DNA of 63,056 nucleotides, filler included, from 6 parts of 6 records of this genome joined end to end with filler, not necessarily neighbours in it; one strand, 5' to 3'; numbered from the whole stretch's first letter, positions 28,753-38,716 are shown. Numbers and translations: made by a program. The notes: generated by a model not told the origin, from the sequence alone.

Positions 28753-30726
28753 GGAGTACAGGTTACCACTCCTGAAGTCAGCGAAGTAAAAGCCATAATC
28801 AGCATCAAAACTGAGGTAGTAAACGCAGCGGACGACACGTCATTGGATTGGGTGATAGAAGATGCCGCTGGTATCCCGGTTGCTTCAGGTACTTCAGCAC
28901 AAGTGGCTGCCGGTGTTTTCCAGGCGAAGACGCAACTGGCAAACCCAAAGCTTTGGGATACAGAAAAACCGAACCTCTATCAGTTGAAAACCCGTGTGAA
29001 ACTTGAGGGAAATCAAATTGATGAAACCGTAACCACGTTCGGTATTCGCGAAATTGCATTTGATGCGAACAAAGGCTTTTTTCTAAATGGAAAATCAGTG
29101 AAACTGAAAGGTGTCAACCTCCATCACGATGCGGGAGCACTGGGTGCTGCTGTGACCAAATCTGCATGGGAATACCGTGTGAAAAAGCTGAAGTCGATCG
29201 GAGTAAATGCAATACGCATGTCACACAACCCACACTCGCCCGAGCTTATGGATGTATGTGATGAGATGGGCATGTTGGTGATGGATGAATTTTTTGACGA
29301 ATGGCACAGGCCAAAAGGGAAGAACCTCAACTGGATAGGAGACAACAAAGTGAAGGGCGAAATAGCCAGTGGGTATAGTGAATACTTTATGGAATGGGCC
29401 GAACGTGATCTGAAAGACTTGGTTCGAAGGGATTTTAATCACCCCTCCGTGATCATGTGGAGCATTGGTAATGAAATAGAATGGACCTTTCCAGACTATT
29501 CCAGAGTTTTCCGTGAGGTTAATCCTGTTCAGGAAGAATTCGATAAAAAGTCGCCGGTTTTTGATCCTGAAAAAGTGAAGCCCGTTTTCGATCGGATCAC
29601 GAATGGGGGCGATTCACTGGCCGTAGTGGCCAAACTACTAACGAATTGGGTGAAAGAGATTGACACAAGTCGTCCAATCGTGTGTGGTAGTGTTCGACCA
29701 TCTGTGGCCATGGTCAGCGGGTATGGTGAGGCGGTGGATATCCTTGGTTTCAATTACAGGGCTGAAGCCTACGACGAGGCACATAAAGTTTACCCCGATC
29801 TCAAGATCATTGGCTCTGAGAATTGGGGCGCATGGTCGGAATGGAAGGCTGTGAATGAGCGTGATTTTGTATCGGGCATGTTTGCGTGGACAGGTTTTGC
29901 CTATCTGGGTGAGGCTGGCCCCTGGCCCAGAAAAGGATTGGAAATAGCTTTTTTCGATTATGCCGGTTTTAAAACACCAAGGGGGCATTTTTTCGAATGC
30001 CTCTGGAAAGAAGAACCAAAAGTATATGCAGTTACTACCTCCGCAAAGGAATCGGAGTTTTCATATTCGAAAAGGGACGGATGGAAATTCGATATTCAGT
30101 GGACCGAACCACCAGTGACTTGGAAAGAGCTACGCAAGTGGGAGTGGTATCCGAATGTAGGTGAGCATTGGAATTATTCTGAAGGAGAGGATGTGATTGT
30201 GCAGGTATATACCAACTGCGAAGAGGTGGAATTGTTGGTAAACAACAAGAGCCTTGGCAAGAAAAAACGAGCCGATTTTGCAGAAGACAATATCGTGAAA
30301 TTCCTGGTTCCCTACGAAAAAGGAAATGTGATTGTGAAGGGTTTCAACGGCGGAAAACATGTAGAGGGCTATGCGCTTTTTTCTACCGAAGAAGTGCAGG
30401 CACTCAAACTTTTTTCAGATAAGGACACCCTTCGTGCCGATCGATACGATGTGGCCTTTGTCTCACTGACATTGTACGATACAGAAGGACATCAAATGAA
30501 AGATACTGACGTTCCCGTGGAGTTTAGTATTACCGGGCCTGGTGAGCTAGTGGCTGTGGACAATGGCTGGGAAATGAACGTAGACAATCATTATATCAAC
30601 GGGGTGGTTTCTCACAATGGGAAAGCGCTGGCCATCATTCGAAGCACGGGTGAGCCCGGAGAGATCGTTGTAAGTGGCTGGTACGAAGGGCAGGAAATTG
30701 ATCGTGTGACTATTCAGGCTAAATAA
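28753..30726 (+). CDS. Glycoside hydrolase family 2 (beta-galactosidase-like), 5' truncated
   Basis: Frame is open from the contig start; KGVNLHHD, NAIRMSHNP, NHPSVIMWSIGNE (acid/base), IGSEN (nucleophile). Confidence 0.93.
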   Translation, partial: GVQVTTPEVSEVKAIISIKTEVVNAADDTSLDWVIEDAAGIPVASGTSAQVAAGVFQAKTQLANPKLWDTEKPNLYQLKTRVKLEGNQIDETVTTFGIREIAFDANKGFFLNGKSVKLKGVNLHHDAGALGAAVTKSAWEYRVKKLKSIGVNAIRMSHNPHSPELMDVCDEMGMLVMDEFFDEWHRPKGKNLNWIGDNKVKGEIASGYSEYFMEWAERDLKDLVRRDFNHPSVIMWSIGNEIEWTFPDYSRVFREVNPVQEEFDKKSPVFDPEKVKPVFDRITNGGDSLAVVAKLLTNWVKEIDTSRPIVCGSVRPSVAMVSGYGEAVDILGFNYRAEAYDEAHKVYPDLKIIGSENWGAWSEWKAVNERDFVSGMFAWTGFAYLGEAGPWPRKGLEIAFFDYAGFKTPRGHFFECLWKEEPKVYAVTTSAKESEFSYSKRDGWKFDIQWTEPPVTWKELRKWEWYPNVGEHWNYSEGEDVIVQVYTNCEEVELLVNNKSLGKKKRADFAEDNIVKFLVPYEKGNVIVKGFNGGKHVEGYALFSTEEVQALKLFSDKDTLRADRYDVAFVSLTLYDTEGHQMKDTDVPVEFSITGPGELVAVDNGWEMNVDNHYINGVVSHNGKALAIIRSTGEPGEIVVSGWYEGQEIDRVTIQAK

Positions 30727-30736
30727 TCGGAGTGCC

Positions 30737-32899
30737 ATGCGACGTATAAAGCGAATTAACCTAATTATCCTATTTGTCATTGTTGTGCTTAACCTTTCAG
30801 CCCAACCTCCGGCTGCCCCGGCAGGCAAGGTTTGGGTAAAGTTGGAAGCAATGTCGGATGAGTTTGATACGAACAGCCCCGATACAGATAAATGGCGGGT
30901 GTTTGATCATGGTGATTCCTGGGATCGAACAGCGGCATTTGATAAAAGGGTGCATGAAGCGGTGAAAGAAGAAGGTTCAGACAACTACTATCTCACAATG
31001 AACCCAATGTGGTATTATGAGGATGAACAATTCACTAAGGGAGCGCGAACCTATCTTTTCGCCGGTGGGGGTATGGACACCAAAGCCATGGCCACCTATG
31101 GGTATTTCGAAGTGCGGGTGAAGCCGAGCAATTTCCCTATGGGAAGTGGGGTTTTTATGAATTCCAGAAAAGCTTCATCAGATATATGCTCAGAGAAGTA
31201 CAATACCGAACTGGACATCTGCGAGAACATGAGTTATGATGGCCCTGGAGCCAATACAACATCGTTCAACAATCACATGAATGTTAATTCTCACGCTAAG
31301 CCTTATGAGCAGCAGGGAGGAAACTGCGTCTCGCTTCCTTTTGAAACAGCTAATAGCGGGGTGAAAGGAAAACCACTTGAAGGCCCATTGGATTTTAACG
31401 TGGTGGGAATGTGGTGGAAAAACGAACGGGAAGCTCAGTTTTTTCTGAATGGGGTTCCTTTCGGAACGGTCACTCCAAAACGTGATTTCAACCTGCCCAT
31501 GCCATTGATTATAGTCATGGAAACCTACACTTGGGGTGATGATGAAAACAATGCCGGCAATCCTAAACCGCTCGAATATATGTTTGAGGACGAGTTTCGG
31601 ACGAAGGAACAACGTGCGGTGACCTACGATTGGGTACGTACCTGGCAATTGGTAACTATCGACCAAACTAAATTTAACGGGAGCAACAATAGTATTGAGT
31701 TTCATGATAAAACGGCACCTATTTATGCTTCGTCGAATTTGGACAAGACGCTCATTTATTCGGGATCTGAGGCAAATGAGCTGACGGTAGAAATTCTGGA
31801 TGCTTCACAGGCCATCGTTGGCACCAAAACCTATGCTACTTCAGCAGGCGTACATTCGGTCAACTTTACCATTGCCCTTGTTTCGCCTTTGCTAGCTGAT
31901 GCAGAATACACCCTTCGGGCTGTTATGAAAAAAGGCACGCAAGAGCTTTCTTCGGATCAGTTCAGTTTTACCCCTGAAAATAAGGGATTAACGAACATGG
32001 TATTTTCAGACTTGATGCCCAACCGACTTTCTCCAACTACAACCGGTTACGCGGTGAAGGTGCGGTATGAAACCAATGGTCTCATGGAAGTAAGTGGCGA
32101 AATACGCGATCCGGCGAATAACTGGTTGGGTGGAGCCACCTCGCAACCCGTATCGGGTGAAGGGTATGTTACCCTAAACATACCAGTCAACGCACCAACA
32201 ACTCCTGGGGCTGGCTATTATTTCAAAGCGCATATTAGGCCTGTTGGTACTGGTTGGCAAGACGCAGTGCATGCCATTGACAACCTGCCGTTCACGGTCG
32301 CAGCACCCATTACTCCCGAGATAAACATTACTGAAGCAACGGTTAAGAAGACAGAGGTACTACCTGTCATCGATGTGGCTTTTGACTATGCAGCAGAAGA
32401 AGATATTACCCTCGAATTGACATTGGTAGACATTGATTATACCATCAAAGCACAAAAACTTCGAGCCGAACGAGTGGGGGAAAGATCACTAATCCGAAGT
32501 ATTTTCCCTGATTCAATACTTAGGGATGGATTGGATTATAAGGTAATCGTGAAAATGAATTATAATGATAAGAGCACATCGTTTGCGGACACAGTTCATA
32601 ATATCGTACTAGCAAACACATCAAATGCGCTATCAAACCTTGAAAGGGAAACAGTGCCTTTTATCTACCCAAACCCAACCAGCGATGAGGTACGAATTCT
32701 TATTCCAAAAAACAAATTCAGCCCACTAGTAAGGCTGGAACTTCGTGATATTTCAGGTAAAATGATCACCGCTCAGACAACTATTCTGGTTGATCGGCAG
32801 GCTGCCAGGATAGACCTTTCTGGCTTGCAACGTGGTGTGTATACGATTCGAGTCATTGATGCTGGTATTGATCATAGTCAGCGAATAATAAAATGGTAA
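30737..32899 (+). CDS. Secreted GH16 enzyme (beta-porphyranase/agarase-like) with three internal modules and a T9SS C-terminal sorting domain
   Basis: Signal peptide; SDEFD, YGYFEVRVK, ELDICE (ExDxxE) and YDWVRTW GH16 motifs; C-terminal IYPNP...IDLSGLQRGVYTIRV...RIIK. Confidence 0.85.
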   Translation: MRRIKRINLIILFVIVVLNLSAQPPAAPAGKVWVKLEAMSDEFDTNSPDTDKWRVFDHGDSWDRTAAFDKRVHEAVKEEGSDNYYLTMNPMWYYEDEQFTKGARTYLFAGGGMDTKAMATYGYFEVRVKPSNFPMGSGVFMNSRKASSDICSEKYNTELDICENMSYDGPGANTTSFNNHMNVNSHAKPYEQQGGNCVSLPFETANSGVKGKPLEGPLDFNVVGMWWKNEREAQFFLNGVPFGTVTPKRDFNLPMPLIIVMETYTWGDDENNAGNPKPLEYMFEDEFRTKEQRAVTYDWVRTWQLVTIDQTKFNGSNNSIEFHDKTAPIYASSNLDKTLIYSGSEANELTVEILDASQAIVGTKTYATSAGVHSVNFTIALVSPLLADAEYTLRAVMKKGTQELSSDQFSFTPENKGLTNMVFSDLMPNRLSPTTTGYAVKVRYETNGLMEVSGEIRDPANNWLGGATSQPVSGEGYVTLNIPVNAPTTPGAGYYFKAHIRPVGTGWQDAVHAIDNLPFTVAAPITPEINITEATVKKTEVLPVIDVAFDYAAEEDITLELTLVDIDYTIKAQKLRAERVGERSLIRSIFPDSILRDGLDYKVIVKMNYNDKSTSFADTVHNIVLANTSNALSNLERETVPFIYPNPTSDEVRILIPKNKFSPLVRLELRDISGKMITAQTTILVDRQAARIDLSGLQRGVYTIRVIDAGIDHSQRIIKW

Positions 32900-33108
32900 T
32901 AATTTGATCCAATTATTAAGTCTTATTGGGAAGGGACAATAGACACGGATATTGGCTGATCGCAGCTGCTTTTGCAAGTTTGGGAAAAGGGTGTGTGGTC
33001 ATTTTACTACCAATATGGGGGATGTTTTGATTTGTTGAGTTTCCGTCCATTCGTTCATTGTCCGTTCTTGATTTGATTGACTAACCTTGATGTTGTAAAA
33101 CCCGGACT

Positions 33109-33470
33109 ATGACATTAAAGCACTGCTTCATCCTTTTAGGATATTTTTCTCTTCATTTATCACTGGTAGCCCAGGATACCATAGACGTCAACCTCCATGT
33201 AAAACATGCGGTCAATGGTTATTCGGAATTTGATCGGTCCCGACACATCATTTTTCATGATGACCTGAGCGGAAACGAATGGGATAGTGATCAACAAAAA
33301 ATTGATTTGTTCGAAGGGTACGATGTTTACTACGGACGAAACAATGGAGGTATTGTTTGGGAATACAACAACACGAAAGAAGACCCAAATAAGGCAGGAT
33401 GGCCTGATCTGGATTATATGCAAAGCCGTGGCACGAGCGAAATTAATCGTCACAAAAATAATGTAGGAGT
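33109..33470 (+). CDS. N-terminus of a secreted glycoside hydrolase, probably GH86 beta-agarase/porphyranase, 3' truncated
   Basis: Signal peptide then IDVNLHVKHAVNGYSEFDRSRHIIFH...YDVYYGRNNG...EDPNKAGWPD, which resembles the N-termini of Bacteroidota GH86 enzymes from memory; context supports it. Confidence 0.6.
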
Positions 33471-33570
33471 NNNNNNNNNNNNNNNNNNNNNNNNNNNNNN
33501 NNNNNNNNNNNNNNTTAATTAATTAANNNNNNNNNNNNNNNNNNNNNNNNNNNNNNNNNNNNNNNNNNNN
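33471..33570. other. Artificial contig linker
   Basis: N44-TTAATTAATTAA-N44. Confidence 0.98.
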
Positions 33571-34297
33571 TGGACTGCTGGTGCCAGCCGGGGAAGTAAT
33601 TGTATTTGGCGATCTGATAGAAACCATAGGAACGGTCAATCGCCGGCATGGAGAATTCCGTGGCGTCGATGGTGCCACGTTCCAGAGCCGGATAGATATC
33701 GCCACCGGCAAGCTGCTGGGTGGAGACGCCGAACTTCTGCATCACCTTCGCGCCGATCCCGAAGAAGCGCATCTTCAGGCCCTTCAACTGATCGAGAGAG
33801 GTAATTTTCTCGCGGAACCAGCCGGAGGTTTCAGGCGGGATCATGCCGCAGAGCAGGAATTTGATATTGTCGCGGGCATAGAGCTCGGTCCCGATCTCGA
33901 CACCGCCGCCATGCTTGAACCAGGCCACGAATTCCGGTGCGGCCGGGCCGAACGGCCAAGTCGACAGGAATGCGTAGGCTGAGTTCTTGCCCTGGTTGGC
34001 ACCCGATGTTCCGAAGGCGGAATCAATCGCACCCTGGCTGACCGGATCGTAATAGGCATAACCGCCGGCGAGTGCGCCCGGCTCGAACACCTTGATATCG
34101 AAGTCGCCGTCGGACATCCGGTCGATGCCTTTGGCGATGCGGTGTGGCGGAGGGCCGAGAACCTTCACGTTCTGACCGAATGCGGCATGCATTTTCCAGC
34201 GCACTTTCTTGGCTTCGGCATCATTTGCGCCGAAGCCGATGGCGATCGTCGAGGCGACCGCAAGCACACCGAAAGTTTTCAGAAAACCCGATTTCAT
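33571..34297 (-). CDS. TRAP transporter solute-binding protein (DctP/TakP-like), 3' truncated
   Basis: Signal peptide; GWFREKITSLDQLKGLKMRFFG, GGDIYPALERGTIDATEF, YFPGWHQ. Confidence 0.92.
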
Positions 34298-34422
34298 GAA
34301 CTTCCTCCCTTGTTCAATTTGCCTTTGGACCCGGTTATCCGAGCCTCTTTAGCTTCATTCCACGGTGTGTTTTTTGTCGCCCCTGGACGTTGCCCGAAGC
34401 TTTTTGATCCCGTGGTGCGCGA

Positions 34423-34451
34423 AGTATTGCCGTGATTTTTCGCGCCGTCAA
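34423..34451 (-). promoter_or_regulatory. Putative sigma70 promoter of the TRAP gene
   Basis: Minus strand TTGACG-N17-AATACT. Confidence 0.55.
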
Positions 34452-34552
34452 AGGCTTCAATCCGGCGGAAGTCCTCAGAAGGCGGGTTTTCCCGACAGGA
34501 GAAAATACATTTGCGTATACGTTATTTTGCTTGAAATTCTTGCGATTTCAGG

Positions 34553-35287
34553 TCAGTGCCCCTGAAAAAGCAGGTCCGGAATATGGCCCGCATGGTCGAT
34601 GACAATATCCGCCAGAATGTCTAATTGCTTCTTGGGGGTAGCCCCTGTCAGGACGCCAACAGTGGTCCGGCATCCAGCGGCTCGCCCGGCTTCCATGTCC
34701 GCCTTGTTGTCGCCGACCATGATCGTGTCCGAGGCCGCAAGGCCCGTTCTGTTCAGGAAAGCTTCGATCATGTCCGGTGCTGGTTTCGGTGCATGCCCGC
34801 TGTCGTAACCGGCGATAAAATCAACCAGATCGGCAAGGCCCAGCGCATCGACCATATCCCGCGCGCCGCGCTCGGCATCGTTCGTGACGATCGCGATCCG
34901 GATATCCTTTGCCCGCAAGCTTGTGAACAGATGCCGCAGGTCGCAGACCGGAGTCAGGTTGCGGGCTGCATGGTCGAGCCAGTAATCGTCCAGCCATGCG
35001 GCTGTTTCATCGGGATGGGGGAGACTTGGCGCCATTCCGCACCAGAGTTCGGCTACCTCGACGGCCGTGCCCTGGGCGAGCAGGGTTCCGGGCGCAACGG
35101 CGTGCCGGTCGGGGTCGCCGCCCGCGGCCCGGGTCAAGGCATCCGCGTCCGCAGTAACATTATAGGCTTTGACAAGAGCCCGGGCTGCGGAGAGCACTCC
35201 CGGGAGCCAGGTCTTCTCGAAATCAATCAGCGTGCCGTCCTTGTCGAACAGCACCCCGCGAACGGGTCCGGGCATTGATGGCTCCAT
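34553..35287 (-). CDS. HAD-superfamily hydrolase
   Basis: LFDKDGTLID, VTND, KPAPD, MVGDNKAD; the start could be the ATG at 35275. Confidence 0.9.
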   Translation of the reverse strand: MEPSMPGPVRGVLFDKDGTLIDFEKTWLPGVLSAARALVKAYNVTADADALTRAAGGDPDRHAVAPGTLLAQGTAVEVAELWCGMAPSLPHPDETAAWLDDYWLDHAARNLTPVCDLRHLFTSLRAKDIRIAIVTNDAERGARDMVDALGLADLVDFIAGYDSGHAPKPAPDMIEAFLNRTGLAASDTIMVGDNKADMEAGRAAGCRTTVGVLTGATPKKQLDILADIVIDHAGHIPDLLFQGH

Positions 35288-35393
35288 GGGATCGGGTGGC
35301 CGGGGAAAGCTAAGCTCGCCCGGTCCGCATGGATCTGCAAGGGCTGTTTATGGCAGCTCGTTGCAAGGGAGCGGGAAAGCCTCCGGCCGCCGG

Positions 35394-36227
35394 TCAATCC
35401 GCAGAGGCGATCATACCGGATCTTGCCCGTCTCTCGGCTTTGCGTTTTTGCCATTCGGCCAGCCGGCGGGCCTTGCGGTCCTCGAATTCCTGGCGCAGTT
35501 GCAGGGCGCGCTCGGTGGCGATTTCCCGTTGCCGCTCCGCCCGTTCTTCACGAAGCGCTTGTTCGTCGGCATGTCTTTCCTGACGGGCCAGCGCATCGGC
35601 GGCCAATGCATCCGCGCGTTGCGCCGCGGCCGAGGCAAGTTCCAGATGATCGGTGGAGGGATCGGCCATGGTTACGGTTTCGCCCTTGTAGGCTTTCTGC
35701 TGCAGCTTGGACACGGCGTCCCGGTAATTCTTGCCGCGCACGCTGTTGCCGGAATGATAATGCTCGATGGCATCCCGCCAGGACCCGTGCCGCTCTTTCA
35801 GTTCAATCAGGAACCGGGCTGCGTAGTCGGTGTTTTTCAGCGGATCGAATGCCTCGGCAAGATCCTCGAAGGCCGTGCCGTGATAGCGCAGGTTGATCTG
35901 CATGCAGCCGACATCGATGTTCGTGATGCCTTTGGCGAGCAGGCGGCGCACTTCCGCCATGGCCGCGAATTCCGTTGGGTAATGCCGTCCCTCTCCGCCG
36001 GAGGTTACCGTCCAGGGCCACGTATAGCTTTCATTGCGCTCGCTGTTCCAGCGCCCGGTCTCTTTCAGGGACATTGCGAACAGCAGGTGCTTTGGCAGCT
36101 GGCGCTCTTCCTCTGTGTGCCGGGTTGCGTTGGCGCATATCTTGTCCGTCGGCCCGAGCGCGTATGCTTCGGGCGCGAAAAGCAGATTGAGGGCGGCAAA
36201 TATGATCAGTGTCGATAGATAGCGCAT
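35394..36227 (-). CDS. Exported lytic transglycosylase (SLT domain, PleA-like) with a coiled-coil C-terminus
   Basis: Signal peptide from ATG 36227 (RBS AGGAG); KETGR catalytic Glu, WPWT, IDVGCMQINLRYH, YHS. Confidence 0.88.
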   Translation of the reverse strand: MRYLSTLIIFAALNLLFAPEAYALGPTDKICANATRHTEEERQLPKHLLFAMSLKETGRWNSERNESYTWPWTVTSGGEGRHYPTEFAAMAEVRRLLAKGITNIDVGCMQINLRYHGTAFEDLAEAFDPLKNTDYAARFLIELKERHGSWRDAIEHYHSGNSVRGKNYRDAVSKLQQKAYKGETVTMADPSTDHLELASAAAQRADALAADALARQERHADEQALREERAERQREIATERALQLRQEFEDRKARRLAEWQKRKAERRARSGMIASAD

Positions 36228-36255
36228 GCTCTGGCTCCTGTGTCGGGAAGACAGA

Positions 36256-36271
36256 AGCAAGGAGCATGCCG
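36256..36271 (-). promoter_or_regulatory. Putative sigma54 (-24/-12) promoter of the lytic transglycosylase
   Basis: Minus strand CGGCAT-GCTCC-TTGCT with exact GG-N10-GC spacing, 29 nt upstream of the ATG. Confidence 0.65.
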
Positions 36272-36287
36272 TTTGTGTGGCGGGGTG

Positions 36288-37379
36288 TTACTCGGCGGCG
36301 GCGCGGATCGGGCTTGACCCGTTTTCTGCCATGCGCCGGGCGGTCTCCGATAACTCGCCCAGCAGCGCCCCGATGTCCTTTTTCAGCGGCTCGATACCGG
36401 CCCGTGGCTCGATCCGGCGCTCGTCCATATACAGGGCGCGATTGATCTCTATCTGCAGAACATGGATGCCGACCCCCGGCCGGCCATAATGCCGGGTAAC
36501 GAACCCGCCGGCATAGGGACTGTTGCGCCGCACGGTATAGTGCCGGTCTCTGAAGAAGCCCTCTGCCCGCTCGATAAAGGCCGGGGCGGCAGTGACACCA
36601 TGACAGTCGCCGAGAACGATATCGATCGGACGCCGCTCGCTGCGGACATGACGCACGGCGCTGGACGGCATGGAGTGCCCGTCGACCAGGAGGCAGAAGC
36701 CGAATTGTTCGAGCGCTTCGGCGATCAGCCGCTGCAGGGCCCGGTGATAGGGCGCGTAGTAGGTGCCGATGCGGTGCGCGGCATCATCAAAGGAGAGCTT
36801 CTGGCCGTAGACCGGTTCGGAATTGGCGACGACGCGGGCAATGGTGCCGAGCCCGGCCGAGATCCGGATGCTGTCCGTGGCGGCGCCATCGGGCAGAGGG
36901 TCGGAGAACATGTTCGGGTCCAGCTCGAACGGCTCCCGGTTCACATCCACATAAACACGCGGGAAAAGGGCCGTCAGAAGCGGCGCGCCCGCCGCATTGG
37001 CGCCCTCCAGCACCTGCTCCATGAAGCTGTCTTCCGAAGAACGCAGGTCCAGTGGGGCAAGCCGGGTCGCCGCAAGCAGATCCGGGGGGTAGAGGCAGCC
37101 GCTGTGCGGCGAGGCAACCACGAGAGGGCTGTCGCACTGCGCGGGGCGATGGATCCTGTAAATCCCGGCGATCTCGTCCGGTACCGCCTGAACCGGATTC
37201 CCGGCCACATCGCCGGAGCCGAGAAAAGCCGGCTCTATCAGGGCTGACGCTATGGCGTCGAGCGTGTCTCCGGAAGCCGCGCTTCCGCCGGCATTCCCTG
37301 TCGTATCATCCGCACTCAAGCGCAGTCTCCCGGACCGGCAAATTTCACTCCACCCTAATATGGAACGCAGAGAGGGCAA
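36288..37379 (-). CDS. N-formylglutamate amidohydrolase family protein (start uncertain, probably downstream of 37379)
   Basis: SPHSG, SED, RVYVDVNREP, DGHSMPS, NSPYAGG, QIEINRALYMDE. Confidence 0.9.
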   Translation of the reverse strand: MPSLRSILGWSEICRSGRLRLSADDTTGNAGGSAASGDTLDAIASALIEPAFLGSGDVAGNPVQAVPDEIAGIYRIHRPAQCDSPLVVASPHSGCLYPPDLLAATRLAPLDLRSSEDSFMEQVLEGANAAGAPLLTALFPRVYVDVNREPFELDPNMFSDPLPDGAATDSIRISAGLGTIARVVANSEPVYGQKLSFDDAAHRIGTYYAPYHRALQRLIAEALEQFGFCLLVDGHSMPSSAVRHVRSERRPIDIVLGDCHGVTAAPAFIERAEGFFRDRHYTVRRNSPYAGGFVTRHYGRPGVGIHVLQIEINRALYMDERRIEPRAGIEPLKKDIGALLGELSETARRMAENGSSPIRAAAE

Positions 37380-37476
37380 ACCAAGAAGAGGGCCGTAGCG
37401 CCCTCTTGTCGCGAGGACGGTGGCGCGTGCGGGACTGGCGATGCGAAAGCCCGAGGCAAAACCGTTAAATCAGGTC

Positions 37477-37505
37477 TTGCAAAACCAGATTCCGCTGGCT
37501 ATACA
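37477..37505 (+). promoter_or_regulatory. Sigma70 promoter of the tRNA gene
   Basis: TTGCAA-N17-TATACA, 45 nt upstream of the tRNA 5' end. Confidence 0.7.
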
Positions 37506-37549
37506 CACGCCTCCTTCGCGGCGCACTTTTCCCGATGCCGCGACATATA

Positions 37550-37585
37550 GGGCGCGTAGCTCAGCGGGAGAGCACTACGTTGACA
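37550..37585 (+). tRNA. tRNA-Val(GAC), 5' half only, cut in the anticodon loop by the contig end
   Basis: GGGCGCG (acceptor 5' strand) TA GCTC-AGCGGGA-GAGC (D arm) A CTACG TT-GAC-A. Confidence 0.9.
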
Positions 37586-37685
37586 NNNNNNNNNNNNNNN
37601 NNNNNNNNNNNNNNNNNNNNNNNNNNNNNTTAATTAATTAANNNNNNNNNNNNNNNNNNNNNNNNNNNNNNNNNNNNNNNNNNNN
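37586..37685. other. Artificial contig linker
   Basis: N44-TTAATTAATTAA-N44. Confidence 0.98.
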
Positions 37686-38093
<408 letters not shown>

Positions 38094-38118
38094 TTATATG
38101 TATTTGTTTGAGCGGTTG

Positions 38119-38126
38119 CAAATATA
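38119..38126 (-). promoter_or_regulatory. Bacteroidota -7 promoter element of icd
   Basis: Minus strand TATATTTG (consensus TAnnTTTG), 25 nt upstream of the ATG. Confidence 0.7.
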
Positions 38127-38665
38127 CGATATATGGACGGTGAAGTACGAACGGAAGTGACTAAAAGTGTGGGTTTTTGGTGATAATTTGTTAAAAAACA
38201 AAAGCCATTTCCTCGTTTTTACCAAGGAGATGGCTTTCAGAATGGACTCAAGATTTGTTTGGTGGTACCAAAACTGTAACCTATTTGATTACATCTTTTG
38301 CCCTTTCGACGTTTGCTCTGCCATGCTCTTAATTTTTCAACTAATCTACATTTAGCAAAGTATACTGTTACATTCCTAAATTTTATCAAAATGGAAAATT
38401 GCTCTTCCATTCGCACATAAAATCTATTATTTTTCATTGGGTTTTGCCAAAGCACCTCCCAAGTCAAAATTCCTTTTGTGATCAGTAGTGTTACCAATTA
38501 AAAGGGAATCCACAGTTTTAAAGAACGTCAACTTTAAATCAATATCATTGTGATGGTATCGCAATCATATCTTCGTCTAAAATAGAACAGAAAACCAGAT
38601 TTTGCAAGTTTATAAAGGATTAAAAATCAACACGATATGAACCATGGTTATTAACAATTGTTCAT

Positions 38666-38696
38666 AAAAAAAAGCACCCGATTTCGGGTGCTTTTT
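38666..38696 (-). terminator. Intrinsic terminator after rplS (bidirectional shape)
   Basis: A8-GCACCCG-ATTT-CGGGTGC-T5. Confidence 0.88.
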
Positions 38697-38716
38697 CAGT
38701 TTGTTCAGGATTTGGA

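Noticed and set aside
38237-38497. 86-aa ORF on the minus strand in the rplS-icd gap
   Set aside because: TTG start, no recognisable motif, and it spans a promoter-like element; not supportable as a gene.
38500-38667. Possible oriC from DnaA-box-like words (TTATTAACA, TTGTTCATA, GAATCCACA)
   Set aside because: Only two or three degenerate matches in AT-rich DNA; too weak.
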